NCBI GenBank assembly: GCA_964016885.1
Contig: OZ024742.1
Span: 8,742,001 to 8,806,000 of the forward strand
Source of the DNA: Eledone cirrhosa
Taxonomy: Eukaryota
DNA: 64,000 nt
Direction of reading: 5' to 3'
Positions 24,901 through 38,400 of the stretch are shown one piece after another (position 1 is the first letter of the stretch; every line of letters begins with the position of its first letter). Made by a program: the position numbers and the translations under genes. A model generated the notes under the pieces. It was not told the DNA's origin, did no database searches, and saw nothing but the letters and a program-made list of their open reading frames with translations.

Positions 24901-27900
24901 GTGTCTATCTATCTATGTTTGTGTCTATCTCTGTATGTCTGTGTCTATCTTTGTATGTCTGTGTCTATCTATGTATGTATTGTCTATCTATATATGTATG
25001 TCTGTGTCTATATATGTATGTCTGTGTCTATCTCTGTATGTCCCTGTCTATCTCTGTATGTTTGTGTCTGTCTATCTATGTATGTCTGTGTCTATCTATG
25101 TATTTCTGTGTCTATCTATGTATGTCTGTGTCTATCTATGTATGTCTGTGTCTGTCTATCTATGTATGCCTGTGTCTATCTATATATGTCTGTGTCTATC
25201 TTTGTATGTCTGTGTCTATATTTGTATGTCTGTGTCTATCTTTGTATGTCTGTGTCTATCTCTGTATGTCTGTGTCTATCTCTGTATGTCTGTGTCTATC
25301 TATCTATGTATGTGTCTATCTCTGTATGTCTGTGTCTATCTATATATGTCTGTGTCTATTTCTGTATGTCTGAGTCTATCTTTGTATGTCTTTGTCTATC
25401 TATGTATCTCTGTGTCTATCTATGCATGTCTGTGTCTATCTCTGTATGTCTGTGTCTATCTCTGTATGTATGTGTCTGTCTATCTATGTATGTATGTGTC
25501 TATCTATGTATGTCTGTGTCTATCTATGTATGCCTGTGTCTATCTATGTATGTATGTGTCTATCTATGTATGTCTGTGTCTATCTATGTATGTCTGTGTC
25601 TATCTATGTATGTATGTGCTATCTATTTATGTATGTTTCTATCTCTGTATGTTTGTGTCTATCTATGTATGTCTGTGTCTCTCTCTGTATGTCTGTGTCT
25701 ATCTCTGTATGTCTGTGTCTATCTATGTATGTCTGTGTCTATCTATGTATGTCTGTGTCTATCTATGTATATATGTGTCTATCTATGTATGTCTGTGTCT
25801 ATCTATGTTTCTCTGTGTCTATCTATGTATGTCTGTGTCTATCTCTGTATGTCTATGTCTATCTATGCATATCTGTGTCTATCTATGTATGTATGTGTCT
25901 ATCTATGTATTTCTGTATCTATCTCTGTACGTCTGTGTCTATCTATGTATGTCTGTGTCTATATATGCACATCTGTGTCTATATATGTATGTATGTGTCT
26001 ATCTATGTATGTCTGTGTCTATCTCTGTATGTCTGTGTCTATCTCTGTATGTCTATGTCTATCTATGCATGTCTGTGTCTATCTATGTATGTATGTGTCT
26101 ATCTATGTATGTCTGTGTCTATCTCTGTATGTCTGTGTCTATCTATGTATGTCTGTGTCTATATATGTACATCCGTGTCTATATATGTATGTATGTGTCT
26201 ATCTCTGTATGTCTGTGTCTATCTCTGTATGTCTGTGTCTATATTTGTATGTCTGTGTCTATCTCTGTATGTCTGTGTCTATCTATGTATGTCTGTGTCT
26301 ATCTATGTATGCCTGTGTCTATCTATGTATGTATGGCTGTGTCTATCTCTGTATGTCTGTGTCTATCTCTTTATGTCTGTGTCTATCTATGTATGTATGT
26401 GTCTATCTATGTATGTCTGTGTCTATCTATGTATGTCTGTGTCTATCTATGTATGTCTGTGCTATCTATGTATGTATGTGTCTATCTATGTATCTCTGTG
26501 TCTATCTATGTATGTCTGTGTCTATCTCTGTATGTCTGTGTCTATCTCTGTATGTATGTGTCTATCTATGTATGTATGTGTCTATCTATGTATCTCTGTG
26601 TCTATCTATGTATGTCTGTGTCTATCTCTGTATGTCTGTGTCTATCTCTGTATGTATGTGTCTATCTATGTATGTCTGTGTCTATCTATGTATGTCTGTG
26701 TCTATATATGTACGTCTGTGTCTATCTATGTATGTCTGTGTCTATCTATGTATATATGTGTCTATATATGTATGTCTGTGTCTATCTATGTATCTCTGTG
26801 TCTATCTATGTATGTCTGTGTCTATCTCTGTATGTCTATGTCTATCTATGCATATCTGTGTCTATCTCTGTATGTCTATGTCTATCTATGCATGTCTGTG
26901 TCTATCTATGTATGTATGTGTCTATCTATGTATGTCTGTGTCTATCTCTGTATGTCTGTGTCTATCTATGTATGTCTGTGTCTATATATGTACATCCGTG
27001 TCTATATATGTATGTATGTGTCTATCTATGTATGTCTGTGTCTATCTCTGTATGTCTGTGTCTATCTCTGTATGTCTATGTCTATCTATGCATGTCTGTG
27101 TCTATCTATGTATGTATGTGTCTATCTATGTATGTCTGTGTCTATCTCTGTATGTCTGTGTCTATCTATGTATGTCTGTGTCTATATATGTACATCCGTG
27201 TCTATATATGTATGTATGTGTCTATCTCTGTATGTCTGTGTCTATCTCTGTATGTCTGTGTCTATATTTGTATGTCTGTGTCTATCTCTGTATGTCTGTG
27301 TCTATCTATGTATGTCTGTGTCTATCTATGTATGCCTGTGTCTATCTATGTATGTATGGCTGTGTCTATCTCTGTATGTCTGTGTCTATCTCTTTATGTC
27401 TGTGTCTATCTATGTATGTATGTGTCTATCTATGTATGTCTGTGTCTATCTATGTATGTCTGTGTCTATCTATGTATGTCTGTGCTATCTATGTATGTAT
27501 GTGTCTATCTATGTATCTCTGTGTCTATCTATGTATGTCTGTGTCTATCTCTGTATGTCTGTGTCTATCTCTGTATGTATGTGTCTATCTATGTATGTCT
27601 GTGTCTATCTATGTATGTCTGTGTCTATATATGTACGTCTGTGTCTATCTATGTATGTCTGTGTCTATCTCTGTATGTCTGTGTCTATCTATGTATGTCT
27701 CTGTCTATCTATGTATGTCTGTGTCTATCTTTGTATGTCTGTGTCTATCTATGTATGTATGTGCTATCTATTTATGTATGTTTCTATCTCTGTATGTTTG
27801 TGTCTATCTCTGTATGTCTGTGTCTCTCTCTGTATGTATGTGTCTATCTCTGTATGTCTGTGTCTATCTATGTATGTCTGTGTCTATCTATGTATGTCTG

Positions 27901-30680
27901 TGTCTATCTATGTATATATGTGTCTATATATGTATGTCTGTGTCTATCTATGTATCTCTGTGTCTATCTATGTATGTCTGTGTCTATCTCTGTATGTCTA
28001 TGTCTATCTATGCATATCTGTGTCTATCTCTGTATGTCTATGTCTATCTATGCATGTCTGTGTCTATCTATGTATGTATGTGTCTATCTATGTATGTCTG
28101 TGTCTATCTCTGTATGTCTGTGTCTATCTATGTATGTCTGTGTCTATATATGTACATCCGTGTCTATATATGTATGTATGTGTCTATCTCTGTATGTCTG
28201 TGTCTATCTCTGTATGTCTGTGTCTATATTTGTATGTCTGTGTCTATCTCTGTATGTCTGTGTCTATCTATGTATGTCTGTGTCTATCTATGTATGCCTG
28301 AGTCTATCTATGTATGTATGGCTGTGTCTATCTCTGTATGTCTGTGTCTATCTATGCATATCTGTGTCTATCTATGTATGTATGTGTCTATCTATGTATT
28401 TCTGTATCTATCTCTGTACGTCTGTGTCTATCTATGTATGTCTGTGTCTATATATGCACATCTGTGTCTATATATGTATGTATGTGTCTATCTATGTATG
28501 TCTGTGTCTATCTCTGTATCTCTTTATGTCTGTGTCTATCTATGTATGTATGTGTCTATCTATGTATGTCTGTGTCTATCTATGTATGTCTGTGCCTATC
28601 TATGTATGTCTGTGCTATCTATGTATGTATGTGTCTATCTATGTATCTCTGTGTCTATCTATGTATGTCTGTGTCTATCTATGTATGTATGTCTGTGTCT
28701 ATCTATCTATGTCTGTGTCTATCTCTGTATGTCTGTGTCTATCTCTGTATGTCTGTGTCTATCTATCTATGTATGTGTCTATCTATATATGTCTGTGTCT
28801 ATCTATATATGTCTGTGTCTATTTCTGTATGTCTGAGTCTATCTTTGTATGTCTTTGTCTATCTATGTATCTCTGTGTCTATCTATGCATGTCTGTGTCT
28901 ATCTCTGTATGTCTGTGTCTATCTCTGTATGTATGTGTCTGTCTATCTATGTATGTATGTGTCTATCTATGTATGTCTGTGTCTATCTATGTATGCCTGT
29001 GTCTATCTATGTATGTCTGTGTCTATCTATGTATGTCTGTGTCTATCTATGTATGTCTGTGTCTATCTATGTATGTATGTGCTATCTATTTATGTATGTT
29101 TCTATCTCTGTATGTTTGTGTCTATCTCTGTATGTCTGTGTCTCTCTCTGTATGTCTGTGTCTATCTCTGTATGTCTGTGTCTATCTATGTATGTCTGTG
29201 TCTATCTATGTATGTCTGTGTCTATCTATGTATATATGTGTCTATCTATGTATGTCTGTGTCTATCTATGTATCTCTGTGTCTATCTATGTATGTCTGTG
29301 TCTATCTCTGTATGTCTATGTCTATCTATGCATATCTGTGTCTATCTATGTATGTATGTGTCTATCTATGTATTTCTGTATCTATCTCTGTACGTCTGTG
29401 TCTATCTATGTATGTCTGTGTCTATATATGCACATCTGTGTCTATATATGTATGTATGTGTCTATCTATGTATGTCTGTGTCTATCTCTGTATGTCTGTG
29501 TCTATCTCTGTATGTCTATGTCTATCTATGCATGTCTGTGTCTATCTATGTATGTATGTGTCTATCTATGTATGTCTGTGTCTATCTCTGTATGTCTGTG
29601 TCTATCTATGTATGTCTGTGTCTATATATGTACATCCGTGTCTATATATGTATGTATGTGTCTATCTCTGTATGTCTGTGTCTATCTCTGTATGTCTGTG
29701 TCTATATTTGTATGTCTGTGTCTATCTCTGTATGTCTGTGTCTATCTATGTATGTCTGTGTCTATCTATGTATGCCTGTGTCTATCTATGTATGTATGGC
29801 TGTGTCTATCTCTGTATGTCTGTGTCTATCTCTTTATGTCTGTGTCTATCTATGTATGTCTGTGTCTATCTATGTATGTCTGTGTCTATCTATGTATGTC
29901 TGTGCTATCTATGTATGTATGTGTCTATCTATGTATCTCTGTGTCTATCTATGTATGTCTGTGTCTATCTCTGTATGTCTGTGTCTATCTCTGTATGTAT
30001 GTGTCTATCTATGTATGTCTGTGTCTATCTATGTATGTCTGTGTCTATATATGTACGTCTGTGTCTATCTATGTATGTCTGTGTCTGTCTCTGTATGTCT
30101 GTGTCTATCTATGTATGTCTCTGTCTATCTATGTATGTCTGTGTCTATCTTTGTATGTCTGTGTCTATCTATATATGTATGTATGTGTCTATCTCTGTAT
30201 GTCTGTGTCTGTCTATCTATGTATGCCTGTGTCTATCTATGTATGTCTGTGTCTATCTATGTATGTCTGTGTCTATATATGTATGTCTGTGTCTATGTCT
30301 GTATGTCTGTGTCTATCTCTGTGTGTATGTGTCTATCTATCTATGTCTGTGTCTATCTATCTATGTCTGTGTCTATCTATGTATGTCTGTGTCTATCTAT
30401 GTATCTCTGTCTCTATCTTTGTATGTCTGTGTCTATGTCTGTATGTCTGTGTCTATCTCTGTGTGTATGTGTCTATCTCTTTATGTCTGTGTCTATCTAT
30501 GTATGTCTGTGTCTATCTATGTATGTCTGTGTCTATCTATGTATCTCTGTGTCTATATATGTATGTCTGTGTCTATCTCTGTGTGTCTGTGTCTATCTCT
30601 GTATGTATGTGTCTATCTCTCTATGTCTGTGTCTATCTATGTATGTCTGTGTCTATCTATGTATATCTGTGTCTGTGTAT
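18987..30680. repeat. About 11.7 kb minisatellite, 20-bp consensus GTCTATCTATGTATGTCTGT
   Basis: Clear 20-bp period with variants (ctCtgt, atAtgt, gtAtgt) and 4-bp slips; the first kb is less regular and rich in TCTGAGTC. Confidence 0.97.
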
Positions 30681-31435
30681 GTGAGTTATATATATACATA
30701 TGCTTCTGAGTGTGTACGCATGTGAGTCTATGTGTTTTTCTCTGTACGTGTGTGCGTTTATGCATTTGCATATTTTTTGTGTTGTGTGTGTACGTCTTTG
30801 TATACGTGTATGTATATGCGTTTGTGTTTGTGGGTATGGTTGATCATGCGTGTATGCTTGTATGTATGTATTTATGTATGTATAACGAGGGGAAGCCTTC
30901 ATTTATGTATGTATACATGTATGTTCGCTCTCATTTTCATTCACCCTCTCTCTGCCCGCCATCTCATTGTTTCCCTCGCCTGACCTTCTAGCAATCTTTT
31001 CCTCACTTACACTCGCTGGGGCCAGACCTTTCTTTTCGTTCGCCCCACACATATTACAACTCAAGTTCTCTCACCGCTGTGGTCTTGGATTTTCTTACCT
31101 TCAGGTGCTCACACATTGATCGGTTTGCTGTTTTTTTCGCTGTTTTCTCATTTCTTCCCTTTTCCCTTCTATTTTCCTTCCCTTCCTTCTCTATTTTCCT
31201 AATAACTTACCGAGTTATTTAACGCTCTGAGGGTAGATATATTGTTTTAAAGAGTTCAAATATTCTCCAGTAGACAACTGATGAGGACCCCCCCCCTTTC
31301 TTGCTTTCTTCTTATTCTCATTCCAATTTTAAGCTACCTTAACTAGCAACTACACAGCCAATCCTATTCTCTATGTATGTATGTAAGTATGTATGTATAT
31401 ATGTATGTATGTCTTGTGTCGTATGTATGTCTTAT

Positions 31436-31930
31436 GTCAGGTCACCAGTTGGTGCTACTGGAAACATGTATCCCAGTACAACCTGTCTCATGGTCGGGTC
31501 GTTGGGGACTAAACTGGCAACCCACCGAGGTTTCTTGGTGAGGAGGGTCACTTTGGACGTCCTGCAGGACTAAAAACAAAACCTGTCAAAGGGCAAAGGA
31601 GCTCTTAAGAGTCAATGGCCATCCAAAATCACCGGGAGAGATGACCCCTTAACCTTTATCTAGGCAGAATTCTAGGAGAAGGAAAACTCTGATATAACAC
31701 CTGCAACCCTGATGGTATCCAATGTTGATGACTTGTTCTTCTTTTTGTTAAATATCATCTTGGTTAAGAGAGTGGGACTGGCTTTGTGCAGTGCCTTTGC
31801 TCACTATAAAAGCTTCAAGGCACAGGCATTGCTTTATATCTGGAGATCTCTCTGCCCTTGTCGTCACATGGTACCATGGGCCTAGCACTATGTGTCAGTA
31901 ATTGTCACAGGTGTAGTGTTTGTACCAGAG
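31436..31930 (+). mobile_element. Probable RTE-clade LINE 5' UTR fragment
   Basis: GC-richer island between (TATG)n tracts containing CTAGGAGAAGGAAAACTCTGATATAA at about 31672, which I recognise as a motif of RTE-type 5' UTRs. No ORF support; boundaries approximate. Confidence 0.45.
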
Positions 31931-32042
31931 TTTTCAAGTCGCTGGCTGGACTAAAAAGTCACACTCGTTCAGCGCATCGGTAGGGGTTCTCCTACATGGA
32001 TATAAAGTAGTGGCCGTACTCGAAAACTAGTTGGCAGCCACC

Positions 32043-32166
32043 ATGTATGTATGTATGTATGTATGTATGTATGTATGTATGTATGTATGTATGTATGTAT
32101 GTATGTATGTATGTATGTGTGTATGTATGTATGTATGTGTGTGTGTATGTATGTATGTATGTATGT
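32043..32166. repeat. (TATG)n microsatellite
   Basis: Read directly. Confidence 0.97.
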
Positions 32167-32458
32167 GATGTGTGTAATGTGTATGAGAGACATTGAGAAT
32201 CAACATATGTGAGAGTTATGTTCATATGACGTCATACGCTAGTTAGTCAACTTGTATTTGTTCATTTATTTAATCAGTCTAAAGTCCGTATAGAGCTAGT
32301 AAGCCATGACCGGCCCAAGGAAGAATCTATAACTTCTTAAATTGAGAAAAAACAATAAAACAATATATAGAGAGCTAACTAAATATAAAAACATTTCTAA
32401 ATTAAAAAAATTAATTAAATTAAAATTCAAAATTAAACAGGGAAGGGAAACGGGAGGC

Positions 32459-35400
32459 GTTGTATTGGTAGTCGTTGGTCAACTAGTATGGTAGATAGTT
32501 GTATTGGTAGTCGTTGGTCAACTACTATGGTAGATAGTTGTATTGGTAGTCGTTGGTCAACTAGTATGGTAGATAGTTGTATTGGTAGTCGTTGGTCAAC
32601 TACTATGGTAGATAGTTGTATTGGTAGTCGTTGGTCAACTACTATGGTAGATAGTTGTATTGGTAGTCGTTGGTCAACTACTATGGTAGATAGTTGTATT
32701 GGTAGTCGTTGGTCAACTACTATGGTACATAGTTGTACTGGTAGTCGTTGGTCAACTACTATGGTAGATAGTTGTATTGGTAGTCGTTGGTCAAGTGGTA
32801 TGGTAGATAGTTGTATTGGTAGTCGTTGGTTAACTGGTATGGTAGATAGTTGTATTGGTAGTCGTTGGTCAGCTGGTATAGTAGATAGTTGTATTGGTAG
32901 TCGTTGGTCAACTAGTATGGTAGATAGTTGTATTGGTAGTCGTTGGTCACCTGGTATGGTACATAGTTGTATTGGTAGTCGTTGGTCAAGTGGTATGGTA
33001 GATAGTTGTATTGGTAGTTATTGGTCAACTGGTATGGTAGATAGTTGTATTGGTAGTCGTTGGTCAAGTGGTATGGTAGATAGTTGTATTGGTAGTCGTT
33101 GGTCAAGTGGTATGGTAGATAGTTGTATTGGTAGTCGTTGGTCAACTAGTATGGTAGATAGTTGTATTGGTAGTCGTTGGTCAACTACTATGGTAGATAG
33201 TTGTATTGGTAGTCGTTGGTCAACTGGTATGGTAGATAGTTGTATTGGTAGTTGTTGGTCAACTGGTATAGTAGATAGTTGTATTGGTAGTCGTTGGTCA
33301 ACTGGTATGGTAGATAGTTGTATTGGTAGTCGTTGGTCAACTGGTATGGTAGATAGTTGTATTGGTAGTCGTTGGTCAACTAGTATGGTAGATAGTTGTA
33401 TTGGTAGTCGTTGGTCAAATACTATGGTAGATAGTTGTATTCGTAGTCGTTGGTCACCTGGTATGGTAGATAGTTGTATTGGTAGTCGTTGGTCAACTGG
33501 TATGGTAGATAGTTGTATTGGTAGTCGTTGGTCAACTGGTATGGTAGATAGTTGTATTGGTAGTCTTTGGTCAACTACTATGGTAGATAGTTGTATTGGT
33601 AGTCGTTGGTCAACTGGTATGGTAGATAGTTGTATTGGTAGTCGTTGGTTAACTGGTATGGTAGATAGTTGTATTGGTAGTCGTTGGTCAACTGGTATGG
33701 TAGATAGTTGTATTGGTAGTCGTTGGTCAACTAGTATGGTAGATAGTTGTATTGGTAGTCGTTGGTCAACTACTATGGTAGATAGTTGTATTGGTAGTCG
33801 TTGGTCAACTGGTATGGTAGATAGTTGTATTGGTAGTCGTTGGTCAACTGGTATGGTAGATAGTTGTATTGGTAGTCGTTGGTCAACTAGTATGGTAGAT
33901 AGTTGTATTGGTAGTCGTTGGTCAACTGGTATGGTAGATAGTTGTATTGGTAGTCGTTGGTCAACTACTATGGTAGATAGGTGTATTGGTAGTCATTGGT
34001 CAACTGGTATGGTAGATAGTTGTATTGGTAGTCGTTGGTCAACTACTATGGTAGATAGTTGTATTGGTAGTCGTTGGTCAACTACTATGGTAGATAGTTG
34101 TATTGGTAGTCGTTGGTCAACTGGTATGGTAGATATTTGTATTGGTAGTCGTTGGTCAACTACTATGGTAGATAGTTGTATTGGTATTCGTTGGTCAACT
34201 ACTATGGTAGATAGTTGTATTGGTAGTCGTTGATCAACTGGTATGGTAGATAGTTGTATTGGTAGTCGTTGGTCAACTACTATGGTAGATAGTTGTATTG
34301 GTAGTCGTTGGTCAACTGGTATGGTAGATAGTTGTATTGGTAGTCGTTGGTCAACTGGTATGGTAGATACTTGTATTGGTAGTCGTTGGTCAACTGGTAT
34401 GGTAGATAGTTGTATTGGTAGTCGTTGGTCAACTGGTATGGTAGATAGTTGTATTGGTAGTCGTTGGTCAACTACTATGGTAGATAGTTGTATTGGTAGT
34501 CGTTGGTCAACTGGTATGGTAGATAGTTGTATTGGTAGTCGTTGGTTAACTACTATGGTAGATAGTTGTATTGGTAGTCGTTGGTCAACTACTATGGTAG
34601 ATAGTTGTATTGGTAGTCGTTGGTCAACTGGTATGGTAGATAGTTGTATTGGTAGTCGTTGGTCAACTGGTATGGTAGATAGTTGTATTGGTAGTCGTTG
34701 GTCAACTGGTATGGTAGATAGTTGTATTGGTAGTCGTTGGTCAACTGGTATGGTAGATAGTTGTATTGGTAGTCGTTGGTCAACTGGTATGGTAGATAGT
34801 TGTATTGGTAGTCGTTGGTCAACTGGTATGGTAGATAATTGTATTGGTAGTCGTTGGTCAACTAGTATGGTAGATAGTTGTATTGGTAGTCGTTGGTCAA
34901 CTGGTATGGTAGATAGTTGTATTGGTAGTCGTTGGTCAACTACTATGGTAGATAGTTGTATTGGTAGTCGTTGGTCAACTGGTATGGTAGATAGTTGTAT
35001 TGGTAGTCGTTGGTCAACTACTATGGTAGATAGTTGTATTGGTAGTCGTTGGTCAACTACTATGGTAGATAGTTGTATGGGTAGTCGTTGGTCAACTGGT
35101 ATGGTAGATAGTTGTATTGGTAGTCGTTGGTCAACTGGTATGGTAGATAGTTGTATTGGTAGTCGTTGGTCAACTACTATGGTAGATAGTTGTATTGGTA
35201 GTCGTTGGTCAACTACTATGGTAGATAGTTGTATTGGTAGTCGTTGGTCAACTGGTATGGTAGATAGTTGTATTGGTAGTCGTTGGTCAACTACTATGGT
35301 AGATAGTTGTATTGGTAGTCGTTGGTCAACTACTATGGTAGATAGTTGAATTGGTAGTCGTTGATCAACTGATATGGTAGATAGTTGTATTGGTAGTCGT

Positions 35401-38400
35401 TGGTCAACTACTCTGGTAGATAGTTGTATTGGTAGTCGTTGGTCAACTACTATGGTAGATAGTTGTATTGGTAGTCGTTGGTCAACTGGTATGGTAGATG
35501 TTTGTATTGGTAGTCGTTGGTCAACTACTATGGTAGATAGTTGTATTGGTAGTCGTTGGTCAACTACTATGGTAGATAGTTGTATTGGTAGTCGTTGGTC
35601 AACTGGTATGTTAGATAGTTGTATTGGTAGTCGTTGGTCAACTGGTATGGTAGATACTTGTATTGGTTGTCGTTGGTCAACTGGTATGGTAGATAGTTGT
35701 ATTGGTAGTCGTTGGTCAACTGGTATGGTAGATAGTTGTATTGGTAGTCATTGGTCAACTACTATGGTAGATAGTTGTATTGGTAGTCGTTGGTCAACTG
35801 GTATGGTAGATAGTTGTATTGGTAGTCGTTGGTCAACTACTATGGTAGATAGTTGTATTGGTAGTCGTTGGTCAACTACTATGGTAGATAGTTGTATTGG
35901 TAGTCGTTGGTCAACTGGTATGGTAGATAGTTGTATTGGTAGTCGTTGGTCAACTGGTATGGTAGATAGTTGTATTGGTAGTCGTTGGTCAACTAGTATG
36001 GTAGATAGTTGTATTGGTAGTCTTTGGTCAACTAGTATGGTAGATAGTTGTATTGGTAGTCGTTGGTCAACTAGTATGGTAGATAGTTGTATTGGTAGTC
36101 GTTGGTCAACTACTATGGTAGATAGTTGTATTGGTAGTCGTTGGTCAACTGGTATGGTAGATAGTTGTATTGGTAGTCGTTGGTCAACTACTATGGTAGA
36201 TAGTTGTATTGGTAGTCGTTGGTCAACTACAATGGTAGATAGTTGTATTGGTAGTCGTTGGTCAACTACTATGGTAGATAGTTGTATTGGTAGTCGTTGG
36301 TCAACTACTATGGTAGATAGTTGTATTGGTAGTCGTTGGTCAACTAGTATTGTACATAGTTGTATTGCTAGTCATTGATCAACTGGTATGGTAGATAGTT
36401 GTATTGGTAGTCGTTGGTCAACTGGTATGGTAGATAGTTGTATTGGTAGTCGTTGGTCAACTGGTATGGTAGATAATTGTATTGGTAGTCGTTGGTCAAC
36501 TACTATGGTAGATAGTTGTATTGGTAGTCGTTGGTCAACTAGTATGGTAGATAGTTGTATTAGTAGTCGTTGGTCAACTGGTATGGTAGATAGTTGTATT
36601 GGTAGTCGTTGGTCAACTGGTATGGTAGATAGTTGTATTGGTAGTCGTTGGTCAACTACTATGGTAGATAGTTGTATTGGTAGTCGTTGGTCAACTGGTA
36701 TGGTAGATAGTTGTATTGGTAGTCGTTGGTCAACTGGTATGGTAGATAGTTGTATTGGTAGTCGTTCGTCAACTACTATGGTAGATAGTTGTATTGGTAG
36801 TCTTTGGTCAACTGGTATGGTAGATAGTTGTATTGGTAGTCGTTGGTCAACTAGTATGGTAGATAGATGTATTGGTAGTCGTTGGTCAACTGCTATGGTA
36901 GATAGTTGTATAGGTAGTCGTTGGTCAACTGGTATGGTAGATAGTTGTATTGGTAGTCGTTGGTCAACTAGTATGGTACATAGTTGTATTGGTAGTTGTT
37001 GGTCAGCTGGTATAGTAGATAGTTGTATTGGTAGTCGTTGGTCAACTACTATGGTAGATAGTTGTATTGGTAGTCGTTGGTCAACTAGTATGGTACATAG
37101 TTGTATTGGTAGTCGTTGATCAACTGGTATGGTAGATAGTTGTATTGGTAGTCGTTGGTCAACTGGTATGGTAGATAGTTGTATTGGTAGTCGTTGGTCA
37201 ACTGGTATGGTAGATAGTTGTATTGGTAGTCGTTGGTCAACTACTATGGTAGATAGTTGTATTGGTAGTCGTTGGTCAACTAGTATGGTAGATAGTTGTA
37301 TTGGTAGTCGTTGGTAAACTACTATGGTAGATAGTTGTATTGGTAGTCGTTGGTCAACTGGTATGGTAGATAGTTGTATTGGTAGTCGTTGGTCAACTAC
37401 TATGGTAGATAGTTGTATTGGTAGTCGTTGGTCAACTACTATGGTAGATAGTTGTATTGGTAGTCGTTGGTCAACTGGTATGGTAGATAGTTGTATTGGT
37501 AGTCGTTGGTCAACTATTATGGTACATAGTTGTATTGGTAGTCGTTGGTCAACTGGTATGGTAGATAGTTGTATTGGTAGTCGTTGGTCAACTAGTATGG
37601 TACATAGTTGTATTGGTAGTCGTTGGTCAACTGGTATGGTAGATAGTTGTATTGGTAGTCGTTGGTCAACTGGTATGGTAGATAGTTGTATTGGTAGTCG
37701 TTGGTCAACTACTATGGTAGATAGTTGTATTGGTAGTCGTTGGTCAACTACTATGGTAGATAGTTGTATTGGTAGTCGTTGGTCAACTGGTATCGTAGAT
37801 AGTTGTATTGGTAGTCGTTGGTAAACTACTATGGTAGATAGTTGTATTGGTAGTCGTTGGTCAACTGGTATGGTAGATAGTTGTATTGGTAGTCGTTGGT
37901 CAACTACTATGGTAGATAGTTGTATTGGTAGTCGTTGGTCAACTACTATGGTAGATAGTTGTATTGGTAGTCGTTGGTCAACTAGTATGGTACATAGTTG
38001 TATTGGTAGTCGTTGGTCAACTGGTATGGTAGATAGTTGTATTGGTAGTCGTTGGTCAACTGGTATGGTAGATAGTTGTATTGGTAGTCGTTGGTCAACT
38101 ACTATGGTAGATAGTTGTATTGGTAGTCGTTGGTCAACTACTATGGTAGATAGTTGTATTGGTAGTCGTTGGTCAACTGGTATGGTAGATAGTTGTATTG
38201 GTAGTCGTTGGTCAACTACTATGGTAGATAGTTGTATTGGTAGTCGTTGGTCAACTGGTATAGTAGATAGTTGTATTGGTAGTCGTTGGTCAACTGGTAT
38301 GGTAGATAGTTGTATTGGTAGTCGTTGGTCAACTGGTATGGTAGATAGTTGTATTGGTAGTCGTTGGTCACCTGGTATGGTAGATAGTTGTATTGGTAGT

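Noticed and set aside
20067-30725. ORFs up to 2849 aa of M/S/V/C/Y/L/I
   Set aside because: The 20-bp unit has no stop triplet on the plus strand, so all three frames are open together and 4-bp slips change frame freely. This is a repeat artefact.
31275-31300. CTGATGAG hammerhead-ribozyme core (Penelope-like)
   Set aside because: No stem II or GAAA follows, so the core is incomplete. The surrounding 30950-31300 may be an old repeat but I cannot assign it.
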